From Alphaproteobacteria bacterium (GTDB taxonomy: Bacteria; Pseudomonadota; Alphaproteobacteria; Bin95), in the NCBI GenBank assembly GCA_965205265.1, contig CBDBGH010000003.1, forward strand, positions 384,001 to 448,000: 64,000 nucleotides of DNA, written 5' to 3'. Within the stretch, counting starts at the first letter, position 1, and every line of letters starts with the position of its first letter. Positions 42,667 through 55,031 of the stretch are shown here, piece after piece. Position numbers and translations under genes: made by a program. A model generated the notes under the pieces. It did no database searches. It saw nothing but the letters and a program-made list of their open reading frames with translations, and was not told where the DNA came from.

Positions 42667-43038
42667 ATGGCCCATGTCGATCCGGAGACCCGCCGTGCGC
42701 GCGACCGCGCAAGCGTCGCCCGGCGCACCGCCAAACGGATCAAGGCCGGCCTGTGCACGAGATGCAGCAGGACCGGGCCTGAGCCGGAGCGCCGCCTGTG
42801 CGCGCCCTGCAACGAGAAACGGAACCGCGCGAGCCGGGCGCGGGACGCCCGCCTGCGGGCCGGCAGGAAGCCCCGGCGCGACCCCGAACGGGCACGGCGC
42901 CAAGGACGCGAGCGCGACCGCAGGCTGTATGCCGAGCGCGCGGCTGCCGGCATCTGCACCAAGTGCAGCCGCTCCGGCTCGGCCTTGATGACATCAGTCA
43001 CCTTGTCGCCGGACGCCCGGACCAGCTTGCGGGCGTAG
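42667..43038 (+). pseudogene. Arg-rich repeated CxxC (zinc-finger-like) protein, truncated near 42970
   Basis: GAGGAGG RBS; GLCTRC..LCAPC..GICTKC, then runs into antisense recD2 sequence. Confidence 0.65.
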
Positions 43039-43257
43039 ACCATGCCGATGCCCCGGATCGTCCCTGAGCCGCATACTCCTCGATCCCGTCGACCGAGGAA
43101 GGCGCGGCGGTGCGGATGAAGTGCGCACGGAACTGCTAGCCGTGGGCGCGGTCGTTCACCCATTCGCCTGACGCGGTGATCGATTCTCCCGGCGACACTG
43201 CCGCGGCGTGGCCGACCATGGTCACCAAGTCTCAATGGCCTCGCGCCCCGACCCGCA
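42968..43257 (-). pseudogene. RecD2-like helicase N-terminal fragment
   Basis: LRVGARGH*DLVTMVGHAA..ITASGEWVNDRAHG*QF..GSGTIRGIGMVYARKLV..EPERL, with two stops and a frameshift. Confidence 0.75.
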
Positions 43258-44710
43258 GGTCGTGCCCCCAGGCGTGGTGTAGGAGCAGGAGCCACCATCG
43301 GTAGCTGTGGGTAAGTGGCCCGCCGCCGCGACCGTGTGGAGTGTGGCGGCGGCGGGCCACTTATCCATAGCGGATGGCCATCGCGGTGCCGGTTAGGGTT
43401 GGGCTTCTACAGTCCATCCGACCGGAGGAGTACCACGATGACCACCAAGGACATGATGACCCTGCAGGCGCTTTTGGAGAAGAGTTCGGACGCCGATCTG
43501 CTTCGCGAGATGATCGGGTTCACGGCCGAGCGTTTGATGGCGCTTGAGGTGGAGGGCCTTGCGGGAGCCGCACACGGCGAGCGTTCGCCGGACCGGCTCA
43601 CCCATCGCAACGGCTACCGGGACCGGGTCTGGGAGACGCGCGCGGGCACGGTGGAGTTGAAGATCCCGAAGCTGCGCAAGGGGAGCTGCTTCCCGGGCTT
43701 CCTGGAGCCGCGTCGCATGGCGGAGAAGGCGCTGACGGCGGTGATCCAGGAGGCCTACATCAAGGGCGTGTCGACCCGCTCGGTGGACGACCTGGTGCAG
43801 GCCATGGGCATGTCGGGCATCTCGAAGAGCCAGGTGTCGCGGCTGTGCGGTGAGATCGACGGCAAGATCCGCGACTTCCTCGACCGCCCGCTGGAGGGTG
43901 ACTGGCCGTATCTGTGGCTGGACGCGACCTATGTGAAGATGCGCGAGGCCGGGCGCGTCGTCTCGGTCGCGGTCACGATCGCGGTGGCGGTCAACGACCA
44001 GGGCCGCCGCGAGGTGCTCGGCATGGCGGTCGGCGCGTCCGAGGCCGAGACCTTCTGGACCTCCTTCCTGCGCTCCCTGGCCCGCCGCGGCCTGCGCGGC
44101 GTCAAGCTGGTCGTCTCCGATGACCACAAGGGCCTGAAGGCGGCTGCAACGCGCGTCCTCGGCGCCACATGGCAGCGCTGCCGCGTCCACTTCATGCGCA
44201 CCCTGCTCGCCCATGCCGGCAAGCAGGGCCGGCGCGTCGTGTCCGCCTTCGTCACCACCGCCTTCGCCCAGGAGGATGCAGACAGCGCCTCCGCCCAGTG
44301 GCGCCAGGTCGCCGACCAGCTCAGGACCAAGGCGCCGAAGCTCGCCGCTCTCATGGACGAGGCCGAGCACGACGTTCTCGCCTACATGACCTTCCCGGCC
44401 GCGCATCGCCCCAAGCTGCACTCGACAAACCCGCTCGAACGACTCCATGGCGAGATCAAGCGGCGCACCAACACCGTCGGCATCTTCCCCAACGAGAACG
44501 CCATCACACGCCTGATCGGCGCCATCCTGCTCGAGCAGAACGACGAATGGGCCGTCCAGAGGGCCAGATACATGACGCTGGAATCGATCGCTCCCGTGAG
44601 CGACAATGCAACCGTCAAGCTGCCCGCCGTGGCAGCCTGAGCCTACCGGCCCTTCCCGCCGGATACCGCGACGGCCGCCAGGCTCTTACACCACGGCTCG
44701 GGACACGATC
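43258..44710 (+). mobile_element. IS256 family element (transposase 43438-44640)
   Basis: Imperfect 29-bp TIRs GGTCGTGCCCCCAGGCGTGGTGTAG / rc GATCGTGTCCCGAGCCGTGGTGTAA; [25 protein letters not shown]; flanks not duplicated. Confidence 0.94.
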
Positions 44711-45375
44711 GCCGCTTGTCGCGCGCGAAGTGCCGTTCATGCGGTCGCCAACAACGGGACGGCCCGCTGGCCGGATCGACCTTGTTGTGTCCGCCGACGA
44801 CGCTGCATCGGTCTGGTACGGGCTGGAAATCCAAGCTGTCTACTTCTCCGGCCCGGCCATGCAGTCCGATTTCACGCGGTTGCTCGCGTCTACAGCAACC
44901 GTCCCGCCCGCACCTGCGGCAGTTCGTCGTCCCGACTGGCGTTCGTCGAGCGCAAAGCGCCTGATGCCGCAGTTACAGATCAAGGCTCCGACACTGCGAC
45001 GGTGGGGAACGAAACTCGCGGTGGCCGTCGATCTGCCGTTCTTCAACGCGATAGGCGGGCCGTCAGACAATCCCTCGCGCGACCTGGACGATGGCGACAT
45101 CGTTTGGCTGATCCTATAGCGCGACAATCTGGGTGAGAGCCGCGCGTCAATCAGGATGAGATTCCCCGGCGGCATCGGCGAGTTGATGATTGTCGCGCGG
45201 GGCGCGGATTGCAAGCGGTTTCGGATTTTGATTGTCGCGGCGCGACAAACAAGGTTTTCGGAGAGCGTTTTGATTGTCGCGGGGGGGCCGTCGGGTCGGA
45301 GAAGAGACGGCCCGCGGAGGCGATTCCCGCGGGCCGTGAGTGTTGTGGCCGCTGGGCCGATCTGGCGGCAGCGGT

Positions 45376-47723
<2,348 letters not shown>

Positions 47724-48061
47724 CTACTCGGAAAAACGTCACCGTTCGCCCAGCCGACCGACCCCGCCAGAAGGTCCAGGAAAAATTTTTTGAGGCGGCG
47801 GCCCGGAACTCCGGTCGGGCTACGCCCTCCCTCCGTTCCGGGCCGCCGCCTTCCCCCGTCTCATCCTGATTGTCGCCAGCGTCTCAAGCTGATTGTCGCG
47901 CCGCAGATCCCGCGCATAGACGACGATTCCCGGCTCGTGGCGCACCATTGGGAAGTGCTGTCGCTTGAGGCGTCCAGCGACAAGCTGCTGTCCGCTGAAA
48001 CCGTGCGGCGGCGCGAATTCGAGGAAGCGTTGCGTGCGAAGCTCGAACCGTTGGAGACAGG

Positions 48062-48247
48062 ATGATGCCGAAGAAAGAGGCGCGGCAACCTCGCAAGATT
48101 ACCCGCCGCACTGTCCGGGTGAAGCCGCACAGCTACCAGCCGAAGAAGGCGGAACTGGAGGAAGAATTCCTGATTGACGCGACGCCAGAAGAACTGGCGA
48201 CCGCGATCCTACAGCCGGTCAAGATCGTCAAGGACTCAGAGGCTTAG
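48062..48247 (+). CDS. Small protein typical of IS1595-like passenger elements
   Basis: HSYQPKKAELEEEFLIDATPEELA; followed by a possible IS end GTACATAATCCCC (~48266-48278). Confidence 0.55.
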   Translation: MMPKKEARQPRKITRRTVRVKPHSYQPKKAELEEEFLIDATPEELATAILQPVKIVKDSEA

Positions 48248-48670
48248 GCGAGGCCGGTGACTTTTGTACATAATCCCCCTGAATTGTCGCCCTGGAGGCG
48301 AACGCAAGCAGGCAATCGTCTGGCTCCGCCCGCAATCTTTCTAGGATGTGTGCTCGATACCGGCGCACAGATAAAATGTCCGCTTCACCTTTTGGTCGTA
48401 TACACAGTAGCGTCGGTCGGTCTCTGTTCCGTTTCGGACACCAAGGTGTTTGGCCAGCTTCGCCAGATGGTGCCCGGTGAACATACAGCTTCGTCGATTC
48501 TCCCGGGATCCCGGTGCTTGACGCGTCCACGATACCTACCCTTTCCCCTGGCAACCGATTTCGGTCCGAGGGACCCTCCATGGACGCCCCTTTCATCTCT
48601 TGGCGTTAACACCACCGTCAACATGGCACATCGCGATGCCGTCGGGAGGGGCGTCCACTCCATCGCTTAC

Positions 48671-48945
48671 CCTTGAGCCAGGTGTAGGGCTCGACACCGT
48701 TCAGTTCCGCCGTCTCGATGAGCGAGGCGATGCGCGCCCATGCGGCAGCGCCTTCGTCGTGCAGTTGTGACCGGCGAAGAGTGCGTTCTTGCGATTCAGG
48801 GCAATCGGCCTGGCGAGGTTTTCGACCCTGTTGCTGCCGATCTCGACTCGCCCGTCGGCGAGGAAGACCTGGAGTCCGTCCCAGTGACGGGCGATATAGG
48901 CGAGCTTCTCGCCGAGGCGGGACTTGGGCGAGACACGGGCGCGCT
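48671..48945 (-). pseudogene. IS66 transposase (TnpC) C-terminal fragment
   Basis: KSRLGEKLAYIARHWDGLQVFLADGRVEI..IALNRKNALFAGH..ASLIETAELNGVEPY. Confidence 0.85.
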
Positions 48946-49012
48946 GCTAGAGAAAGTAATCCCGCCGGGTTCCACGAATGGAAGGATGTCCGTCAACCGC
49001 CATCGCCTGAGA

Positions 49013-49558
49013 TCAACGCCCCGCCCGTCGCGCGGCCTCCTCGACCCATTCGCCGAGATCGTTCACCCGGTTTGACCAGTTGCCGGCCGGCTCCCAAGTG
49101 TAGGTCATGAAGCGCTCGCTGGCCTTCTGTGCGAGCACATACCCCATTGTGTTCCTGAAAGGCGGTATCTTGTGCTTATCCAGCGGGTTTGCTGGCCGGA
49201 GAATTGCATCAAGAACCGGGCCGGGAACTGCGCTCTGATGGTCCTTCGACTTGCGCAATTTGTGGACGTAAACGCCGAGAAGGCCCATGCCGTTGGCGAT
49301 GGATTCCTTGATCTCGAAGTTGACCCATCTGCTCCGGTGGGTGGCAGCGCCGATCAGAACGCACGTGACCGAGCACCCGTGCATCTGCTTTCGGATCCAG
49401 TTCCTAATGGCGGCGTCACCGGTTCGCCTGACTTTCTCGTACTCCGCCTTGTCCCGGAAGCCCGAGCGCGGCTCGCCGATGAATCTGCCCGAGTTGCGGA
49501 CCTGGTTGACGCGCCATACGTCGTCGTAGTCGAAACTGAAGAAAACGATTCTGGTCAT
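49013..49558 (-). CDS. Thoeris ThsB-like TIR domain protein (DUF1863)
   Basis: VFFSFDYDDVWRVNQVRN, IRNWI..SVTCVLIG..T..SRWVNFEI with catalytic Glu; ends WVEEAARRAGR. Confidence 0.9.
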   Translation of the reverse strand: MTRIVFFSFDYDDVWRVNQVRNSGRFIGEPRSGFRDKAEYEKVRRTGDAAIRNWIRKQMHGCSVTCVLIGAATHRSRWVNFEIKESIANGMGLLGVYVHKLRKSKDHQSAVPGPVLDAILRPANPLDKHKIPPFRNTMGYVLAQKASERFMTYTWEPAGNWSNRVNDLGEWVEEAARRAGR

Positions 49559-49568
49559 CGGTGCAGCC

Positions 49569-49761
49569 CTATCCAGATCTGAGAATCGGCGCATGCGGCG
49601 CCTGTAGTAAGGCTGCGGGGCCGCACTCGCTGCCGAGGGCCGCCACCGCGACCAGGACGAGAGCGAGCAAGGCTCCGTAGAAGAATACCAGGGTACGGGA
49701 GAACGTCGCGCCTCGCCAGCTATGGCGCAGGGATCCCCGGTACGCGCGGACATCCATGGAA
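49569..49761 (-). pseudogene. C-terminal fragment of a membrane protein upstream of TIR, cut by IS21
   Basis: SMDVRAY..SW..FSRTLVFFYGALLALVLV begins exactly at the IS21 end. Confidence 0.55.
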
Positions 49762-51318
49762 TGCGCGTTTCAGTAAGTCCCGGCCGGTGATTACGGAAAG
49801 TCCCGGCCGGCGATTTCAGTAAGTCCCGGCCGGCGATTCCGGAAAGTCCCGGCCGGCATGACCGGGGCGATTTGAGTTCGGCTTTCGGGTGCGCCGACTC
49901 GGCGTCTACCCCCTGGCATTTTGCCGGGGGGTGGCATGCCGGGACGGAAGCAGACGAGACGAACGACAGTGAAGGACGTCAGGGCGATCCTGCGGCTGAG
50001 CCATGGGCAGGGTCTGTCGGAGCGCGAGGTCGCGGGGCGGCTGAAGCTCTCCAGGGCGACGGTGTCGACCTATCTTCTTCGGGCCCGGGAGGCGGGCCTG
50101 TCGAGCTGGCCGCTGCCGGCGGTCTACGAGGACGACGCGGTGCTGGAACAGTTGCTGTTCCGGCGCATGGGCCGCCCGCCGCGGGATACGCGCCAGCCGC
50201 ACTGGCCGACGGTGGCGGCCGAGCTGAAGCGCAAGGGCGTGACGCTGAGCCTGCTGTGGCAGGAATACCGGGCCGCGCATCCGGACGGCTACGGCTATAC
50301 CTGGTTCTGCGACGCCTTCAGGGCCTTCGAGCGCCGCACGCATGCGAGCTGGCGCAACCGGCACGAGGCCGGCGCGGTGATGCAGACCGACTATGCCGGC
50401 CAGACGGTCGAGATCGTCGATCCCGAGACCGGCGAGATCCACGAGGCGCAGATCTTCGTCGCGGTGCTCGGCGCCTCGTCCTACACCTTCGCGACCGCGA
50501 GCCTGACGCAGCGCCTGCCGGACTGGATCGCTGGGCAATGCGAAGCGCTGGCCTTCTTTGGGGGCGTGCCGAAAAGCATTGTCTGCGACAACCTGAAGGC
50601 GGGGGTGGCGAAGCCGCTCTGGTTCGAGCCGACGCTGAACGCGACCTTCGCGGCGCTGGCGGAGCACTACGACACCACCGTCCTGCCGACGCGGCCCCGA
50701 AAACCCCGGGACAAGGCGAAGGTCGAGGTTGGCGTGCAAGTGGTCGAGCGCTGGATCCTGGCCCGCCTCAGGAACCGGCGCTTCTTCTCCCTCGGGCAGC
50801 TCAACGCGGCGATCCGCGTCCTCCTGGACGAACTCAACGACCGGCCCATGCGCCATCTCGGCCAGAGCCGGCGCCAGATGTTCGAGGCCATCGAGCGCGC
50901 CGCGCTGGCGCCGCTGCCGAAGACCCCCTTCGAATACGCCGAGTGGAAGACCGCGAAGGTCCACCCCGACTACCATGTCGATGTCGAGCGCACCTTCTAC
51001 TCGGTCCCTCACAGCCTGATCGGGCGCACGGTTCGGATCCGCCTCACCCGGCGCACGGTCGAGGTCTTCCATAGCCACAGGCGCGTCGCCGCCCATGCAC
51101 GCCGGTCTCCCTATGGCGGGCATGTCACCGTTGCCGCTCATATGCCCAGCGCGCATCGCCGCTATGCCGATCGCACCCCGGCAAGCCTGATCGGCAGGGC
51201 AAGACGCATCGGCCCCAACACGGCCGTGCTGGTCGAGCGCATGATGCGCGACAGGCCGCATCCCGAGCAGGGCTATCGAAGCGCCATGGGCGTCATATCG
51301 CTCTCCCGGCGATACGAG
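49762..51318 (+). mobile_element. Truncated IS21 family element (istA from 49936, C-terminus and istB missing)
   Basis: TG end with four AAGTCCCGGCCGG repeats at 23-bp spacing; QTDYAG, CDNLK, DKAKVE motifs. Confidence 0.9.
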
Positions 51319-52135
51319 TGTCGGTGATTATCATAAAGGGCGCATATTTGCTGGCGTAGCGCGCTTTTGTGGTGCGCACGACAAACAGCGTGAGACAGGC
51401 GCGGCCGGGTTTATGACGGGGGCCGAGGACGGAAGGAGGGCGTAGCCCGACCGGAGTCCTCGGCCCCCGTCGCGTTGAGATTTTCGCCTCCCGGAGGGCG
51501 GCGACGTCCTGGCGACCGGGTTGGCCGTTCCCGGGCTGCGGCAGGGGGTAGACTGGGGCTTCTGAGAACGATGCGGCGCCGGCCCCGTTGGCTTGGTGGC
51601 AACGACCGGCGCCGCACCCCCCGAGCCATGCAAGGCGCGGCCCGGAAGCGCAGTATCGTGCGCGTCCGGGCGTGGGTCCACCCCGTTCTCATCGGTCGCG
51701 ATGAGGAACGCCGCCCGCCTGTTCACCTGCGCCCTGTGCCGCCGCCAGGTGGTTCTCTGCCGGCGCTGCGACTCTGGCCATATCTACTGTTCGCCGCGTT
51801 GCAGCGGGCGGGCGCGGCGTCGGTCGGTGCGCCTTGCGGGGCAGCGCTACCAGAACAGCCGCCGGGGCCGTCACAAGCATGCCGAGCGCCAGCGGCGCTA
51901 CCGCGAACGGCGCCGTGTGCGGCAGCCGGCAGTTCGGGCCATCGCGCAGAAAGTGACGCATCACCCTTTGACCGTCGCGCGCCGGCGTCCTGATGTGGCG
52001 CGCATACCGGCGGGGCGGTCCGGAACCCGGCCCTTCGGGCCCGACCGTCCCGCCCGGGTGTTCCGCTGCGAGCGCTGCGGTCGGTTCTGCGGCCTGGCGG
52101 TCTATCCGGGCCTGCGCCAGGCGCGAAGGGCCGGC
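51319..52135 (+). mobile_element. Left end of a third IS21-type element with its Cys-rich leader ORF (from 51701), truncated
   Basis: TGTCGGTG end cuts the previous istA; ORF CALC..LCRRCDSGHIYCS..RYQNSRRGR..KVTH. Confidence 0.6.
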
Positions 52136-53140
52136 CATGACGGCGTGGCTGGCCACGGTGTGGCGCAGGTCGTGCAGGCGGAGCCTGCCGAGGCCGGCGT
52201 CGGCGCAGACGGTGCGCCAGCACAATACCAGGCTGTCGGCCCTTCTTCCTTCGGCGTATCGCGGAAACACGAAATCGCTCGGTTCCCGCGCACCGGGCAG
52301 GGTCTCGATCAGCGCCCGCGCGGCCTCGCCGAGCGGCACGGCGCGGGGGCCGGTCTTGGCATCCTCAAGGTTCAGGGCCCTGGCTCCGACGTTCCGCCAG
52401 CGCAGGTTGAGGACCTCGCCCCGGCGGCATCCGGTGAGGGCCAGCAGGCGGATGGCGGCGACGGCCTCGGGCCAGCGGCCTTCGTGCGCATCGAGCGCGC
52501 GCCCGAGCCGGGCGAGCTCTCCGGTGTCGAGGAAGCGGGCGACGTTGCGCCTCGGGTTCTTCGCGATGCCGAGGCAGGGGTTGGAGCTGCGCTCGCGCAA
52601 TCCCCACTCCTCGGCGCGGAACATCATGGCGCGGAGGATCTCGAAGGCGCGGTTGGCCGCGCCGGGCCTGTCCCTGCTCGCGGCGTCGAACCACGCGGCC
52701 ACGTCCTGCGCGTCGATGCGGTCGAGCGGCATCCTGCCGAAGACGGGCAGGATGCGGGCCTTGAGATAGATGCGCACGGTCCTGCGCCCGGAGGGCTTCC
52801 AGTGCGGTTCCGAGCGCCGCAGGTATTCCCCGGCGAACTGGCGGAAGCTCGGGGTCTCCTTCTCCCTGCGGATGTCGTCGGCGGGGTTGCCGCCCGCGCG
52901 GATGCGGGCGAGCATGTCGCGGGCGCGGCGGCGGGCCTCGACGAGGTCCATCTCGCCGTGGCGGGCGACGACGATGCGGCGGCTCCGTCCCTCGATGCGG
53001 GCCTGCACGATCCAGACCTTGCGGCCCGAGGGGTGGATGCGCAGCCCGAAGCCGGGCAGCGACCTGTCGAACAGGATCGTGTCCTTCGGGCCGGGTGCGG
53101 CGTCGCGGGCCAGCTTCGCGGTAAGGTCAACCCTTGGCAT
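52130..53140 (-). pseudogene. Arm-domain tyrosine integrase (Int2), lacking the catalytic His/Tyr end
   Basis: FDRSLPGFGLRI, TGCR, HDLRH; homology stops at HAVMAG. Confidence 0.88.
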
Positions 53141-54317
53141 GACCGCACCCTCCCTCATGCTCCGCGCCGCTACCGGCCAGGGCCGCATGGATGCGGTTCG
53201 ACACCCGGTCGGCGGCGTCCGTGACCGACTGGTCGGACAGATGGACATAGCGCTCTGTGGTCTCGACCAGGGCGTGACCGAGCAGCTTCGCGATGGTCAC
53301 CATGTCCACCCCGTTCATGGCGGCGACCGAAGCCCAGCTGTGTCTGAGATCGTGCAGCCGCAGGCCGGGCAGTTCGGCCTCGCTGCGGATGCGGTGCCAC
53401 TGGTACTCGATGTTGTCTACGTGCCGCGTCGGCGGACGCGCCGGAAAGAGATACGGGCAATCCGCGCTGTATCGCGGGATGGCGTTGATCACGATCCGCG
53501 CGGCACTGGACAGCCAGACCGTGCGCGGGCCGGACTTGGCATCGGGCAAGTGGATGCGCTTGCCCCTGATCCAGTCCCATTCGAGGGAGACAATCTCGCC
53601 GAAGCGGCATCCGGTGAGCATCAGCAGGCGGACGATGGCGACGACATGGGGACACCGGAACTCGTCGCGGGTGAGCACGGCGTTGAGCCGGGCCATCTCG
53701 TCCGCCGTGAGGAACCGCTCCTTCGGCTTCATCCTGTAGCGGCGGGTCCGCTTGCAGGGGTTGGTGTTGTGGGCGCGGTATCCCCAGAGTTCCGCCATGC
53801 GCATCATCACCGACAGCACGGGCATGGTCCGGTTGGCGACGCCGGGCCTGTTCGCCATGGAGGCGAACCAGCGCCTCACGTCGTCGGCCTCGATGGCGTC
53901 CACGGTCATGTGCCCGAAGGCGGGCAGGATGTCCTTGCGCACGATGCGGGCGTTGGTCTCCAGGGTCCTGGACTTCCAGTGCCGGGCATGGCGTTCGAGG
54001 AACTCCCCGGCGAAGGCGTCCATCGGGTGGCCGGGCATCTTCGGCCCGTTGTCCTTCCTCGTCGGCTCGATGAAGCTGGCGATGAGCCTGCGGGCCTCGC
54101 GCCGCGCCTCGGGGACGGTCATGGCGTCGGCGTCGCCGATCCGGGCGTAGCGTCTCTTCCCGCGCGCCATGCGGGCAAGGAAGAATGTGCGGGTTCCGGT
54201 GGGCTGGATCGAGACGGCGAGGCCGCTCACCACGTCGTCGCGGACTTCGTACTTCCCGGCTCGGGGTCTGGCGGCGCGGAGGCGCCGGGCGAAGGTGGAC
54301 TTCGGCTGGTCGTTCAT
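53127..54317 (-). CDS. Arm-domain tyrosine integrase (Int3)
   Basis: TGCR, KSG, HDLRH, LLGH, TTERY; stop overlaps the Int2 start by 14 nt. Confidence 0.94.
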   Translation of the reverse strand: MNDQPKSTFARRLRAARPRAGKYEVRDDVVSGLAVSIQPTGTRTFFLARMARGKRRYARIGDADAMTVPEARREARRLIASFIEPTRKDNGPKMPGHPMDAFAGEFLERHARHWKSRTLETNARIVRKDILPAFGHMTVDAIEADDVRRWFASMANRPGVANRTMPVLSVMMRMAELWGYRAHNTNPCKRTRRYRMKPKERFLTADEMARLNAVLTRDEFRCPHVVAIVRLLMLTGCRFGEIVSLEWDWIRGKRIHLPDAKSGPRTVWLSSAARIVINAIPRYSADCPYLFPARPPTRHVDNIEYQWHRIRSEAELPGLRLHDLRHSWASVAAMNGVDMVTIAKLLGHALVETTERYVHLSDQSVTDAADRVSNRIHAALAGSGAEHEGGCGHAKG

Positions 54318-54741
54318 GGTCGCGGCTCCCTGTTCGGGCCGCGTGGCCGACTGGTAGTCCAGGAAGCGGCCGCGGCGGCGTTTCGTCGGGGAAGCCGCGC
54401 GAAGGCGCGGGAGAGGCTGAACCGTAACGCCCTGTAGTTACAGGGCTTTCCTCCGGTTCATGCGAAGGCGGGCGCTGGCAGGATTCGCACCACGGGTGCG
54501 GAGGGTGTGACGCGCAAACCGCCGCATGGCGTAGAAAACCGGCACTCCGCTCACGCATCCGCGAAGTGCTGAAAGCGCAGCTGCAGCAACGGCTTGCAGC
54601 CCGCGCGGCGTTTGAGCGCAGCACTTCCGACCCTTCCGATCTTCGAGCCCGCCGCCGTTACCCGGCGTGTCCTGGGTGTTCCCCAACGGGGGCGCCCGAG
54701 ATGCGCCGGTCGCGACCGGAACGAACGGAAGGGATCGGACA

Positions 54742-54926
54742 ATGGCCAACAGAACAAAGACCACGATGGCGGGCGCTCGCGCCTTCGCCGCTGCCGACGG
54801 GCGCGAGGCCGTGCTGTGGGACAGTATCGCGCCGGGGCTCGGACTGCGGGCGCGACCGAACGGACGCAAGACATGGATCGTGCATCGGCGCTGCAACGGC
54901 TCTGTCGTCAAGCGGACGCTCGGCAC
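54742..54926 (+). pseudogene. Integrase Arm-domain fragment (Int4)
   Basis: AVLWDSIAPGLGLRARPNGRKTWIV..KRTLG, cut by an IS21 end. Confidence 0.8.
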
Positions 54927-54990
54927 TGCGGCGCGACAATCAGCTTGAGACGCTGGCGACAATCAGGATGAGACGGGGGAAGGCGGCGGC
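54927..54990 (+). mobile_element. Solo IS21 end matching the istA-proximal end of the 45115-47905 element
   Basis: TGCGGCGCGACAATCAGCTTGAGACGCTGGCGACAATCAGGATGAGACGG is the reverse complement of ~47842-47905. Confidence 0.9.
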
Positions 54991-55031
54991 GGTCGCCGCG
55001 GAGATGCGCGCCGCGCCGGCGCGGCCGGCGG

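Noticed and set aside
49768-49858. Four regularly spaced repeats resembling a mini-CRISPR
   Set aside because: The period is 23 bp with ~10-nt alternating spacers, there are no cas genes, and the repeats sit at an IS21 end, where they are transposase binding sites.
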